Both the position numbers and the translations under genes were made by a program. Shown one piece after another: positions 25,777-39,181 of a stretch of DNA of 64,000 bases (position 1 is its first letter; each line of letters begins with the position of its first letter). The DNA is from Eledone cirrhosa. Taxonomy: Eukaryota. The notes beneath the pieces were generated by a model that did no database searches, had not been told where the DNA came from, and was given only the letters and a program-made list of their open reading frames with translations. Location: positions 64,542,001 through 64,606,000 of the forward strand of contig OZ024741.1 in assembly GCA_964016885.1 (NCBI GenBank), given 5' to 3'.

Positions 25777-26181
25777 CAGGGGGCTCATACATGCGGCCCG
25801 CGAAATACTTATCTGTGGCCCTAGGTAGAACCAATATTTCATATCGCATTATAGCTGGCGAAAATAAGGCGGTGAGTTGGTGGAATCGTTAGCACATCTG
25901 GCGAAATGCTTAACGATACTTCTTCCGTTTTTACGTTCTGAGTTCATATTCCGCCGATCTCAACTTTGCCTTACATCCTTTTGGGGTCGATGAATTAAGT
26001 ACCAGTTGTGCACTAGGATCGATGCAATCGACTGAACCCTAAACCCCAAATTTCATGCCTTGTTCCTATAGTAGAAATGATTATAAGTGGTGAACATTTT
26101 CACCCACCACCACGTTGGCCCACTGTGCCTCTCCTCCAGGACGTAATAGCCCTCTTGTGTTCTTGAGTTTGCGACCCCTCT
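25777..26181. mobile_element. hAT-like MITE interrupted by a SINE (25865-26085, +)
   Basis: The ends are CAGGGGGCTCATAC..CGGCCCGCG and GAGTTTGCGACCCCTC, with a SINE body inside. Confidence 0.6.
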
Positions 26182-26479
26182 TCTACACACACACATACAC
26201 ACACACACACACACATATATATTTTACTTTTTTTCTGTCTCTGGACTACGCCCATGCTGGAGCATCACCTTGGTAAGTTATGGGGACGTCAACAAACCAA
26301 CAAACATTGGTGGGAGGGCAAACACAAACGTAAAGACACACACAGACATATATACATATATACGACGGGCTTCTTTTAGTTTCGATCTATCAAATCTACT
26401 CACAGGGCGTTGGTCAGCTCGGGCAGTGGGATTGAACCCGGAAATACGTGGTTGTGAAACAAGCTTCTTCTCACACTGC

Positions 26480-26601
<122 letters not shown>

Positions 26602-26617
26602 TTATACATATATATAT

Positions 26618-26754
26618 ATATTTATTAAAATAACAGATTAAAGTTTAAGCAAAGAATCGCTGCTTTCATCCTTAACGGGAGTTTCAGAAGATCCCGTTAA
26701 GGGTGAAAGCAGCGGTTCTTTACTTAAACTTTAATCTGTTATTTTAATAAATAT
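26618..26754. repeat. Foldback with 63-bp arms and an 11-nt loop
   Basis: ATATTTATTAAAATAACAG...CCTTAACGGGA-GTTTCAGAAGA-TCCCGTTAAGGG...CTGTTATTTTAATAAATAT, about 3 mismatches. Confidence 0.95.
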
Positions 26755-26826
26755 TTGCTCTACGGTTCTTATATATTTGATATATATTTATCCTTATCGA
26801 GCACAAAACAAAGAAAAGAATCCCCA

Positions 26827-26869
26827 GTCACTGAAGAGGTCACAGAATGTGTGACGAAAGAACTTTGAC
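26827..26869 (+). ncRNA. Minimal type I hammerhead ribozyme motif (Penelope-associated type)
   Basis: GTCA-CTGAAGA-G-GTCACA(GAATG)TGTGAC-GAAA-GAAC-TT-TGAC gives a 4-bp stem I, an intact CUGANGA/GAAA core, a 6-bp stem II and a very short stem III. Confidence 0.6.
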
Positions 26870-27073
26870 AATACATGAACAACCGTCCGGTTGTGGAATC
26901 AACCAACAAACCGGAAATTTATAAATTTATAAATTTAATTTATAATAAATTGGAGTGAAAGCAACTGGTGCGTGTGTTTCTTATTGGCAACATGACCCTC
27001 CCAAAGTATAACAATATCGGTTACAACACACGTTTTCAGATAAAGAATCTTGCTAAACAAATTCAGAAACGAA

Positions 27074-27106
<33 letters not shown>

Positions 27107-27248
27107 AGCTTACACACTTAAATATCAATGCATGTATATATACAAACGTATAAATGCATAGCTATATACATACGTAAATGTATGTATGTATATATGTATG
27201 TATGTAGATTTATATATATATATGTATGTACGTATGTAGATTTATATG

Positions 27249-27364
<116 letters not shown>

Positions 27365-27619
27365 AGAGTATTGAAGTTTGCTTGAAGCATTGTGGAACAA
27401 TAAGTAAATATCTTTAAGTCGTTTGGAAGCCTCGACAATGCAAATGGGTAAATCTCCGGGTAACAAGGTCCGGTGGTGGAGAGAGAGATGTAAGTGCGTG
27501 TGCGTTGAGATGCGTGGTGTGTATAAGATGTGTGAGATGTGTAGAAGGAAGGGAAGAGTATAAAGGATAAAATTAAAATAACAACACAAGAGAGAGTTAC
27601 CTTGGGAGAGATTTAATAT

Positions 27620-27674
<55 letters not shown>

Positions 27675-27742
27675 AATATATGTATGTATGTAGATTTATA
27701 TATATATATATATATATATCTATATATATATATCTATATATA

Positions 27743-27777
<35 letters not shown>

Positions 27778-28398
27778 CTACATACGTACATATATACATA
27801 CATTTATATTTAAGTGTGTAAGGGTGTTGATATGATCTATGTGTTCTTTTTTTTTTTGGTAAGGAGAAAAATTTTGTCGCCAGATTTTATTACTCTGGGA
27901 GATTAAATACGACACCTCTGGCTGAAAGCTGATTGGGTTCTCAACCTCATCAATAACTAACGCCGGCCTGTGTGTGTATATGTGTGTGTGTATGTATGTG
28001 TATATATGTGTGTGTATGTATGTATGTGTGTGTATCTTCACCACCATTGTTTCTTCTTGTCATTTCTGTTGAAGTAGTCCTTACTTTTATTCTCTTTGAT
28101 TTCTTTTGATTTTCTTTTATCTCCCTAGGAAATTCGTTGACAAGCTTCTTCTATTTATTTTCTTCGTTTTCTTCATTCAAATCACTGACTATCTAAGAGA
28201 CGTACAAATATGACTTATAAAACTTACCAAACTAACGGGGCTTCTAGCGCCCTCAAAGTTTCAAACTACCCCTTACTGCATAACGCCCCCTGGAGCTACG
28301 AAACGACCCCCCCCCCCGTCAGGGGGGGCATATACCCCCGTTGAGAACCTTTAGTTTAAAGCAATGACTAAAAACTGACACAAACACAATAGACATAC

Positions 28399-28468
28399 CT
28401 TTAGCATTCAATTCATTTCGTTGGGCTTCCAGTCGGCACCAATTCTGCATCTTTTCTGTTACAATCAG
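28399..28468 (-). pseudogene. PSMC5: PSMC5/Rpt6 relic exon, 70 nt
   Basis: ttttcag|CTG ATT...GCT AAA G|gtatgt reads [23 protein letters not shown], against human [23 protein letters not shown]. Its phase-1 end joins the 13527 exon in frame. Confidence 0.9.
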
Positions 28469-29252
28469 CTGAAAATATAATTGTGAAAATTACATAGGAT
28501 GGGGTTTGACACGCTGTAAAGTGGTTGGTGATAGGGAGGGCATCCAGTCATAGAAAGTTTACTAAACAAAGGATTGGGAGGACTTCAATTATGTCAAAGA
28601 CGTGACAATCTCTTAGTGCTGGTGCCATGATAAAATGCACTCAGAACATGGAACTGTATGTAAGCAAGAGACAGACATCTGGCCTTCATTACGTTACACT
28701 CCATATATATATATACAACTAATAAATAGTTTTATAGCTCTACATGTTTGAATACAATGAATGTAATCTGGTTATTTCTAGGACATCGGAGGCTGTTAGA
28801 GCTTTGGTTTGCTGGTTTAAAGTTAGGCTTAATGGTTAGGGTTTACGGTTAGCATTAGTGTTTGTTGGGTTTGAACTTAGGGGTTAGCTGTTAAGTTTAA
28901 AGTCAATATTTAGTGCTATTATTTTGTGCTCCACCTAGTATTGTGAAAAATAATATTTTTATAGACTAAATTAAATTTAATGTGTCTGCATTTATATAGA
29001 AGTAGTGTTAAGAGTGTAGAACAATCACTTCATGTTTTCCGCTTCATTAATTAGTAGTTATATGCCTTGAATTAGAATTTTAGGTAGTCTTGTGTTCGTG
29101 TGTGTACAAAACTGTTTTTTAAAATCATTGAAATTGACGTTTAAAGGGAGATTACTAATATAGTATTTTTAGATGTAGGTTTTTTTTAGTTATCTTCCTT
29201 GCTCGTGGAATATAAAAATATGGAACATATTGGTTGGTATTAAATTTAATTT

Positions 29253-29560
29253 TCAAATCCCGCCGAGGTTAACTTTGCCTTTCATCCTTACGGGGTCGAT
29301 AAAATAAAGTATCAGTAATGTACTGGGTAATTGCTGGCTTTGTGCCTAAAGTAGAAACAATTAAATTTAATTAAAAGGTGGATTGGCAGTATCGGTAGAG
29401 GGTCGGACGCCATGCTTTCCAGCATAGTTACGTCCCTTTACGATCTGAGTTCAAATGCCGCCGAGGTTGACTTTGCCTTTCATCCTTACGGGGTCTATAA
29501 AATAAAGTACCAGTAATGCACTGGGTAATTGCTGGCCTTGTGCCTAAAGTAGAAACAATT
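29253..29560 (+). mobile_element. Tandem pair of young SINEs
   Basis: The target sequence ATTAAATTTAATT appears three times: before, between and after the two copies. Confidence 0.9.
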
Positions 29561-30034
29561 AAATTTAATTTAAAAATTTATGTTAGATTTGAGACAAAAT
29601 TTATTTGATGCATGGGACAATTATATATTTTATGGTTATTGCTAGGGTATCGACAGGATTTGGGGCTTACGGATGCTGGTTTAGTCTTAATGTTCATGAA
29701 AGTTTTAAGGTTAGCATTAGAGTTTTAAATATATGATGAGAAGTTAACTTCAGTAATGTCAGTGAGTTTGAACAAAAACAATGTTAGACAAAATATGATT
29801 AAAACACATCTACTGTATAATTCTATTGTAAAAATAAATAACACACACATACACATCATATGTATATTATTCAAAATGTTAATAAATGAAAAAATATTCT
29901 CATAATCAAAATATATATTTTATTATACATATTTCAAATGTACAATGGTATTTAAGTACGTTTTCATCAGACAAAATATAAGATTTGATATGCGACATAC
30001 CACTACGGTTTTGATTATTCAATTCCAGTATATA

Positions 30035-30105
<71 letters not shown>

Positions 30106-30135
30106 TAGGATGTGATAAATATATATATATGAGAA

Positions 30136-30444
30136 GACGAGAGACATATCCCAACCATGCGAAAGTAAGCGATGAAAGAATTTCGCACGGTGTGGGACGA
30201 TGGAGGAAGTGAGAGAGAGGGTGGGTAGCAAAGAGTGAGTTAGTGAAAGTGTGAGGAAGCGGCTAGCCGAGAGAGGGTGACTAGCAGAGAGGGTGAATGA
30301 AACTAAGAGGGAGAAGGAGAGAGAAGGGGAGAGAGAAAGAGGATAGCAGTAAGGGAAGAGAAAAAGACAGGTCACTCCATCGTCCCACACCGTGCTAAAT
30401 TCTTTCCTCGCTTATTTTCGCATGGTTGGGATGTATCTCTCGTC
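30136..30444. mobile_element. MITE-like foldback with ~70-bp TIRs around a GA-rich spacer
   Basis: GACGAGACATATCCCAACCATGCGAAA...GGGACGATGGAG (30136-30205) is inverted at 30375-30444. Confidence 0.75.
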
Positions 30445-30741
30445 AATATTTGCAAGTTCTTATGTTCAAATGAATCATTGACTTGATTTTCTCATTTTTC
30501 CCTCTCTTTATGTGGCCTCACCATTCGTGTTTGTTTACCTGTCTCTCTTTCTCCACCCAACCCTTTTTATCCCAATAACTTATTTTAGTGATTGTTCGCG
30601 CTAGCTTGAGGTATCTGGTCTTTAATGCGAAGAAATACCTATGATGGCTAGTAGACCACTGATGATGGATAGTCTTATTTCTAATTCTTCATTTTAATTT
30701 GTATATCACATTTGCAACAACACACCACGCCATTTTTCATT

Positions 30742-30780
<39 letters not shown>

Positions 30781-30784
<4 letters not shown>

Positions 30785-32268
30785 GTTTGAATATGTGTAA
30801 TAAAGCCAAAACAATGCAGGTATGGACATAGAAAAAAGAATGCAATAGTAAAAGATATTGTTGAGAATTCGTCCTTTACCTTGAATTTATTTAAATGTCC
30901 TTAATTTTCGAGATAATATCTCTTCTTCGGAGGGAAGTAAAGGTCTCAAACCAGCGCCTTAAATCTCTAGCCAAGCCATGCTGACCGGAAATAGTATAGA
31001 GTATCTGTTCTAACTCTAATATCAAAGAATTAAAATTAGGTGGATAAAGAGTAGTCTCCCTTTAAGAGGGGTTTGTTTAGGGGTTTTTTGGGGTTTTTTT
31101 TTTATTATTTTTTTATTTTATATACATGCCTGTATATGTGTGTGGGAGAATGCATGAAGGTGTAGGTATGTGGGTGTGTGTGTGTGTGAGTATGGGAAGA
31201 TAGGTCTATTCGTAAAAGTGGGGGGTATGTGTTATCTGGTGTTAGAACTGGTTTTGTGTGTGTATGTGTGAGAGAGAATAAGTGGAGGTGTAAGCGTGCG
31301 TGTGGGGGGTGTAAATATGGGGCTAGAGGCCCTATCAGGTTATAAATTGGGTGTTGAGCTCTAGTCTATTATTGATTGGTGGTTGTGTTTTATCTATAAT
31401 AAGTGCTTCCTTAATTCTAAGATTGCCGAGGTTTCTTTCCTTAGTTTCTATCCTAACTGTTATGGTTTTATCGGTGTTTTTGCATTTAACTAGGTGTTTC
31501 TTAAATGAGGAAGCGTTAGTATTGAGGTGTTCTTTTATTCTTATGTGGAGTGGTCTGGTGGTGCTACCTACGTAGAAGGTGTTGCATTTGTCACACTCTA
31601 GTCTGTATACTACGTAAGCCTGGTGGCATAGGTCTGTGTCGTTGATGGGGCAGTTGGCTAGTCTGCAGCAGTTGTCATGTCTGGTGGAGTGTCTCTTGGC
31701 CAGCCGTCCGCGCAGAGAAGGACCCGAGTGGGCCAGTTGGATATCCAGTCCCTCTCGTCTGATGGCTCTGCGGATGGCTGTTGTTGCTTCTTCACTGAAG
31801 TGTGGGAGCTTCAGGAAGCAAGTGTTAGTGCCTCGGGTGTGGTGTCCTCTGTTCTTTCTGGCACGGTTTGTGGTGGATGTCGTGTATCCGTTCAGTTTGA
31901 GTACTTCCAGGAAATGTGTGGTGTGTGTGTCTCGGTCTCTGGCGTCGGTGCAAAAAAAAAAAAAAAACCTAAACAAACCCCTCTTAAAGGGAGACTACTC
32001 TTTATCCACCTAATTTTAATTCTTTGATATTAGAGTTAGAACAGATACTCTATACTATTTCCGGTCAGCATGGCTTGGCTAGAGATTTAAGGCGCTGGTT
32101 TGAGACCTTTATTTCCCTCCGAAGAAGAGATATTATCTCGAAAATTAAGGACATTTAAATAAATTCAAGGTAAAAGACGAATTCTCAACAATATCTTTTA
32201 CTATTGCATTTTTTTTTCTATGTCCATACCTGCATTGTTTTGGCTTTATTACACATATTCAAACGTTT
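30781..32268 (-). mobile_element. 5'-truncated Penelope element (GIY-YIG endonuclease) bounded by inverted ~300-bp pLTR copies
   Basis: ORF 31335-31976 has VVYRLECDKCNTFYVGSTTRPLHIRIKEH...KEALII...PPIN. Segments 30781-31081 and 31968-32268 are reverse complements with about 3 mismatches. Confidence 0.92.
32116..32150 (+). ncRNA. Variant minimal hammerhead-like motif in the Penelope pLTR (mirror copy on the - strand at ~30899-30933)
   Basis: CCT-CCGAAGA-A-GAGAT(ATT)ATCTC-GAAA-AT-TA-AGG. The core has a U4C change, stem III is a palindromic AATT, and stem I is only 3 bp. Confidence 0.45.
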
Positions 32269-32309
32269 ATACCTCATTACACAATGCTTCAAGTGAACTA
32301 TAACCTCCT

Positions 32310-32346
<37 letters not shown>

Positions 32347-32696
32347 GAGATAAAATTTTGGCCGTTTGGACTGCTGCTATTTCTAGTGGCAGGACATTGA
32401 CCTGTCGACCCTGCCTTTTGTCTTTGCACACGGCACCAGACAGAATTATTTCTTTCATTCATCATTTGCTCTCATTTTGGGAATGGTTTTGTATGGAGTC
32501 AGTTTGTGATTTGAACTCGGGAATTTTATATTCTCCGAGGGAGAAGAGCCTTCTGAAGATTTCTCCCTTCTCAATGAAATCCGCTTGGATTTTCCGTTTA
32601 TTCTGGAGCATGAAACCGCGGTAAAAGCAAATATAGTAAGTACTGCGAATTTTTTAAAATTTATTTTAAAACTTTTTCTCTTTTTGTTAGACCTTG

Positions 32697-32746
<50 letters not shown>

Positions 32747-33059
32747 AAAAAAAGGAAAAGAATGACTTCACTTGTAGTGCTAAATAATTTGATCTAATTT
32801 TATAATATTATAATATCATGAGTTGGTAGATCCAATAAGTTCTTTGTTAACTTCGGTGGGAAGAATTTCAAAGATTCCTCGTTAACTCTGTTGGAGAACT
32901 TTCTCGCATTCGTCGGTGGCGATTGTCAAACTGAGATCAGGTTGTGTTGTGATGTGTGACTATATATAAGAGACATTTGGATGTGTCTGAGGTATGGGAT
33001 GTGGTGTTAATGCGTGTTGATGAAGATTTGAAGGAATTAAAGCATACACACGCGCGCGT

Positions 33060-33145
<86 letters not shown>

Positions 33146-33210
33146 CAAATAGTTTATCACTCCATATATATCAATATATATATATATATATATATAGATA
33201 GATAAATCTC

Positions 33211-36200
33211 ACAGTGAGCCCTGCAATTTGCCAGTCAGAGCCTTCGCGGTACAACGGCATTCTCCAGAAATACCCAGACATCACTCGCCCGGTATTTAAG
33301 GATGGACCTATTAAGCATAGTGTCACACATCACATCGAGACAAGAGGACCACCCACAGCTGTCCGATCAAGGAGACTGCCTCCAGACCGATTGAGAATCG
33401 CCAAGCAGGAGTTCCAACACATGCTGGACCTCGGAATAATTCGCCCTTCCTCCAGCAACTGGTCTGCACCCCTACACCTTGTTCCTAAAAAAAACGAGAA
33501 TGATTGACGACCATGTGGGGATTATCGTGCACTTAACAATTCTACAATGCCCGATAATTACCCTGTACCTCACCTGCACGACTTTTCTGCCTCTCTGCAA
33601 GGCGCACGCATTCCAAGATGGCGCGTGCATATAACCAGATACCTATGGAGCCTGCAGATATTCTGAAGACCGCAATGGCAACACCGTTCGGTTTATTCGA
33701 ATTCCTGCGAATGCCGTTCGGTCTGCGCAATGCTGCACAAACTTTTCAGCGATTTATTGACACCGTGTTACGCGATCTACCCTTCGTATACGCGTATATT
33801 GACGACCTGCTGGTAGTAAGTACTTCCGAGCATGAACACGAGAAGCACTTAGATCTCCTTTTCCAACGTTTGGCTGAGTACGGTATCATCATCAACCCCA
33901 GCAAGTGCCTTCTCGGCGTTCCTTCGCTGTCCTTTCTCGGGCACATCACCGAGAAAGTAGAAGCTATCCGAAGTTTTCCCGCACCTACATCACTTCGGAA
34001 GCTACGTGAATTCCTCGGTCTGGTGAATTTTTATAGGCGTGTTATCCCTCATTGTTCCGACGCAGCCAGTCTCCTCACGGACCTTCTTCGTAACCGGACT
34101 CGCAAAAACGAAGAGATCACTCTAAACGAGGAAGAATTAACATCTTTTAAATGCCTGAAGGAAATGTTGGCAAACGCTTCCATGCTCGTTTTCCCCAGGT
34201 CTGCCGCTCCTCTTTCGCTGCTAGTGGACTCATCAGACGCGGGGGTTGGAGGAGTTTTACAACAACATGTCGACGGCGTGTGGCAACCCTTATCCTTCTT
34301 TTCTAAGCGGTTGCAACCGGCAGAAACGAAATACAGTACCTTTGGCCGCGAACTCTTAGCAACCTATCTTTCGGTTAAGCATTTTCGGCACATGCTCGAA
34401 GGATCAGATTTCGTGATCTACACGGACCATAAACCACTAGTTTATGTGTTCCGTACCAAACCTGATCGACATTCACCGAGAGAACTCCGACACCTGGATT
34501 TTGTCTCCCAATATTCAACTGATATTCGGCATATCAAGGGAACAGACGCCCTGTCCCGAATCCAGCTGAACGCAATACATGTGCATTCAGGCATCGACCT
34601 TCAACAGATCGCAGTTGACCAAGAGACTGACGAAGAGTTTATCAAGCTCCGAGATTCGCCATCCCTCAAGTTTCAGCAAATTCCCATTCCTTCTTCTCCG
34701 GAACAAATTTGGTGCGACTTGTCTACCGGTCATGAACGACCTTACGTACTACAGATGCATCGTCGACAAGTTTTTTCTGCTTTACACTGCTTGTCTCACC
34801 CGGGAATCCGGGCAACACAGAAACTCATCTCTGCTCGTTTTGTGTGGACTAACATTAACAAGGACGTGCGCGACTGGTCCAGGAGCTGCATTGCCTGCCA
34901 GAAAGCCAAAGTCCACAGACACATCAAAACTCCACTCGGTACATTCGCGCAACCTGATGCACGTTTTCATAATGTGCATATCGACATCGTCGGACCTCTA
35001 CCACCATCACAGAACTACACACACTTGCTCACCTGCATAGATCGATTTTCTCGTTGGTCTGAGGCTTTTCCCATAAATGATACCTCAGCGGAAACAGTCG
35101 CTAAAACTTTGGTTTTACACTGGGTATCACGTTATGGCGCCCCAGCGAAGATAACAACGGACAGAGGACGTCAATTTGACTCCCACCTCTTCAGGGAACT
35201 GACTCGCCTTTTAGGATGTAAACACATCCGCACGACAGCTTACCACCCGCAAGCTAATGGTCTCGTGGAAAGATTCCATCGTCAATTGAAAGCTGCAATA
35301 AAAGCATATCCAGACAAGACCCACTGGTTTGAATACCTGCCACTCATCTTTCTGGGCATTCGATCCATCGTTATGGAGGAATTCGGACACACACCTGCAG
35401 AATTAGTGTACGGCACCACCCTGGTTCTACCTGGTCAGATGGTTGCTCCCATCTCTCCTCAGGATGTTCCAGACCCAGGATCATGCGTACACCGTCTTCG
35501 ACAATATATGTCTCGCCTTGCTCCTGCAAGCACCCGTCAACAGAACACGGCCACACATGTACCTTCAGACATTAAAGATTGGACACACGTTTTCGTTCGA
35601 AACGACACCATCTCAGCTCATCTTCGACCTCCATATTCTGGCCCTTATCGTGTTCTAAAAAAAATATCCGAAATATTTTATTCTCGATCTAGATGGTAAA
35701 CAGAATTCTGTCAGCGTGGACAGATTAAAAAAAGCCATCATGGATACTGTTACAGTCTCTACACCAGAAACTCCAACAGATTGCTGTCCCAGCGAGCCAC
35801 CTGTTTCATCTCCAGTCACGAGAAGTGGACGACGCGTCCATTGGCCCGCCAAGTTGGCACAATATGTGAATTACCGTTAACCTCAAGTGAGTTTCTTAAT
35901 CATTCTTCGTGCAAAACATTTCCATTTTTCTTGTGTTTACTATTTCCAGTTTCAAATACAATGAACTTTCTGCTTGAACAATTGCACTTTTTAGTGACCA
36001 TGTGCTCATGTCACGAAGAACATTATTTATTATGAACATTATTTATTACAAACACTATTTAAGAACAAACATTGTGTATATCATTGTGTATAACATTTTT
36101 TTTCTTCTCTCTCTTGTTTTGCAAACATTTTTATTTTTATTGTTCTGTAACATTGATTGTGTAATTGCCATAATTTTTATATACATACAAGGCGTGTACA

Positions 36201-37278
36201 TATTCTGTTTTTCATGCACACTACAAAACCACGTTTGTTTCACCTTTTGGTTCATACACGGAGCAATAGATATTTGTGTCCCTCTAACTCTTACACTACA
36301 AAATGTTTTCTCTTTGATCACGCATTTCACAAATCGCATCCTCAAAGCACTGGCCTTCTTTTTTCACGTACACATTCACTCAATAGCTCGAGAATGCCTC
36401 GCTATTTTTTTACCACATGCATTCGCTCAAGTCATATGCTGTGGAGCAAACTGTTACTTTTAGGCAGCATGCTTACGGCCATTCAGTTCACAATTACGGT
36501 TATCTTCACTGCCCAGTTAGACTTTTTGTCACGCAATTCACAGGCAGCTCAACCCAAATTGCAACAGGCTCATTCATCACGCCTGCATAAATCTGGTCAA
36601 AGTCATTTTATAGTTTATTTCTTTTTTCTCTTCCTGACACACACATCTTGCCATATCATCTCTACATCGACTCTGTCCTGTACTCGATGATCACAAAATT
36701 TCACAACGTGCTGGACACCCCTGGGGCTATTGTCATGACAAATGCACCACTGGCCCATTACTATACGATATTTCGATCTTTTGTTGTACAAAAGATCTGA
36801 CAGGGGGCTAATGTACAGCCACGGGAAATAACATCTGTGAAATATACAGCGCCATCTACCTGTTAGCTAGCTACCTCAACATGAAACAAAAGAACCCTTA
36901 AAACCTAGCAGAATAAACGCCTACACACCGGCTAAATATCAAACCATTATTTCTATATAAATAGAGTGGTTCCAAACACTTCAGCAGTCGACATTTGGCA
37001 GAGTCAGCTAGCGTATCGTTGTTCTTTTACTCTGCCATGCTTTGTCACTCACACACGCCTTGTACCTCGTATCGTCGTTTCATGTGAAAATAAATAGCTG
37101 ATCGAATTTACATTTCGCCTTGCTTCGTCCTTTCAACTTGTGCTTTCGTCTGTCCATCCTCAACAGTTCTTTTAAGGGCTATCTTCAGATCTATCAGACC
37201 GTATGCGATAAGAGTCCTTCTAAGGGCTATTCTCGGATCTGATCAGTAGTGACCAGACTGACTAACCACGTCGCTACA
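33211..37278 (+). mobile_element. Ty3/Gypsy LTR retrotransposon, 5'-truncated at a (TA)n tract (pol, long 3' region, 3' LTR)
   Basis: RT ([34 protein letters not shown]), RNase H (RELLA, YTDHKPL) and integrase ([33 protein letters not shown]) are present, with a C-terminal TRSGR motif. There is a stop at 33505 and there are frameshifts. Confidence 0.95.
36812..37278 (+). repeat. 3' LTR of the Gypsy element (467 bp)
   Basis: A polypurine tract AGGGGG precedes TGTACAGC and the LTR ends GCTACA. A TATATAAA box is at ~36954 and AATAAA at ~37089. Confidence 0.8.
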
Positions 37279-37655
37279 TATCCGTCGGTGTCTCAATTCT
37301 GTCAATCCACTAACATGTCATGTGCCAATATTAAAAATGAATTATTTACTCCTGTGTGTTCTATCACAGAGCACTGTGCTCCACTGGATGGTGGGTATTT
37401 GCAGTTTTCCTAACGTTAAGAACATGCGAGACTAATCTCCTAAAACACCACTCTACATATTACAGATTGATTTTCAGTGCAGACACATTTGTACTCAGTA
37501 TTACAAGCTAACGACATTTCTTGTCAATTTTATAGTGGTGTCGCTGTTTACAGTACGAAGTTGCTCGTAACCTATGTAGTTTGTCACACCCAAACGTGTG
37601 TGTGTGTGTATGTATGTATATATTTGGGGTATGTATGTATGTATGTATGTATTAT

Positions 37656-37687
<32 letters not shown>

Positions 37688-37758
37688 ACATACCCCAAAT
37701 CTGAACCTGTTTATAGAATTCTTTCTGCCTTTGTCATTCTAAATACAGCTTTAAAGAA

Positions 37759-38790
37759 TTAGCTTTTAAAGAATTCACCTTTTGTGGCCAACAGCGGTAT
37801 AAACTCTATGAACTTTTTCCATCCCGTTCTGACTCTGGCTACTGTACTTTCAGAGCAGCCTCCACCACTGCTGATTTTGTCACCCAGATAATGGAAAGTG
37901 TCCACTATTTCTATAGAACCATCTGGGCAATAGAAGGAGCTAGTATCCTGTGGGCACTTGCTACTTATTGCACCTGAGCATCGGCCACATATAAAATCTA
38001 CGTTCTTAGATAGTTTACCTGTGATCCCACTACATCTTTTATGTACCCATAGTTTGCATTTGGGACATAAAATGGAATTTCTGCCTACTCCTTTCCTACA
38101 CACTGAGCATAGCCATTTCCCTGAGGGCACCTGTGCCCTATTTTCCTTTCTAGAAACTAGAACTTTAGTCATAGACAAGTTAACTTTAAGGCCTTTTGAT
38201 TCTAGGCCATGCTTCCATGTTTGGAATTTCTTCTCTAGTTCAGCCATGAGAGTTAGATCATCTGCGTATAGGAGTTCCCATGGGCAACTGGTCTTGAACT
38301 CCTGTTATAGCCTGAAGGGCAATAATAAATAGGAGGGGGCTAAGGACAGAGCCTTGATGAGCACCAACTTTTACACTAAATTCTTCACAATATTCATTGT
38401 TAATTCTAACCTTACTGGCTGTTTCTTTATACATGGCTTGTATAGCTCTCACAAGCCATTCATCTACACATAGTTTTCTAAGAGCCCACCAGATAATGGA
38501 GCGGGGGACTCTGTCAAAGGCTTTCTCCAGGTCTACAAAAGCTAAGTAGAGGGGTTTACTTTTAGCTAAGTACTTCTGTTGTTGCCGTACAAGGAAAAGA
38601 GCGTCTGTGATACTTTTACCTGACACAAACCCAAACTGCATTTCATCTAGATCAATTCGCTCTCTGATTAGTTGCGCTATAACTCTTTCTGTGACCTTCA
38701 TGACCTGGCCAACTAACTTAATGCCTCTATAGTTTCCCCTCCCCTATCTAGAGCATCCCCTTTACCCTTGTAGCAGTTAATGATGATGCT
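37759..38790 (-). mobile_element. RTE-clade LINE RT fragment with embedded PHD-type finger, frameshifted
   Basis: Motifs seen: NYRGIKL, MQFGF, AFVDLEKAFDRVPR, HQGSVLSPLLF, LLYADDL, then CSVC...CPKC..WVHKRC...CGRC and FHYLG. Confidence 0.9.
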
Positions 38791-38792
38791 GG

Positions 38793-38915
38793 TCTCATTT
38801 GGGGATCCAGCCGGATCAGTTGGAGATGGTTGCTTCTGACAGGACCCGATGGAAGGAGTGTTTGAGGACTCTACCCCCACAACCCTCTCAGGAATAAGTG
38901 GGCGAAGATCTCTTC
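38793..38915 (+). mobile_element. RTE-type LINE extreme 3' end fragment
   Basis: It reads LGIQPDQLEMVASDRTRWKECLRTLPPQPSQE*, an RTE-like C-terminus. Confidence 0.55.
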
Positions 38916-39181
38916 ATAAACCCCTTTTACAAGACAGCAAATTAGTGAAGTTGTTAGAACGTCTGATAGAATGTTTTGCTGTATTTGTTCAGACTTTCTG
39001 AATTCAAAAGCCACCAAAGTCAACTTTATCGACCTCGAAAAGATGAAAGGAACAGTAGCAGTCCAGTAATGGGGTCAATTTTTTCTCTATATTAGAAAAA
39101 AATGGCATGAACTACCAGAGCTGAATTAAACTTTAAACAAAATTAGCACACACCCTTAAGGTATCAAAAGAACAGCACCAT

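Noticed and set aside
28825-28895. Telomere-like GGTTAG repeats
   Set aside because: Only a few degenerate units, with no true (TTAGGG)n array.
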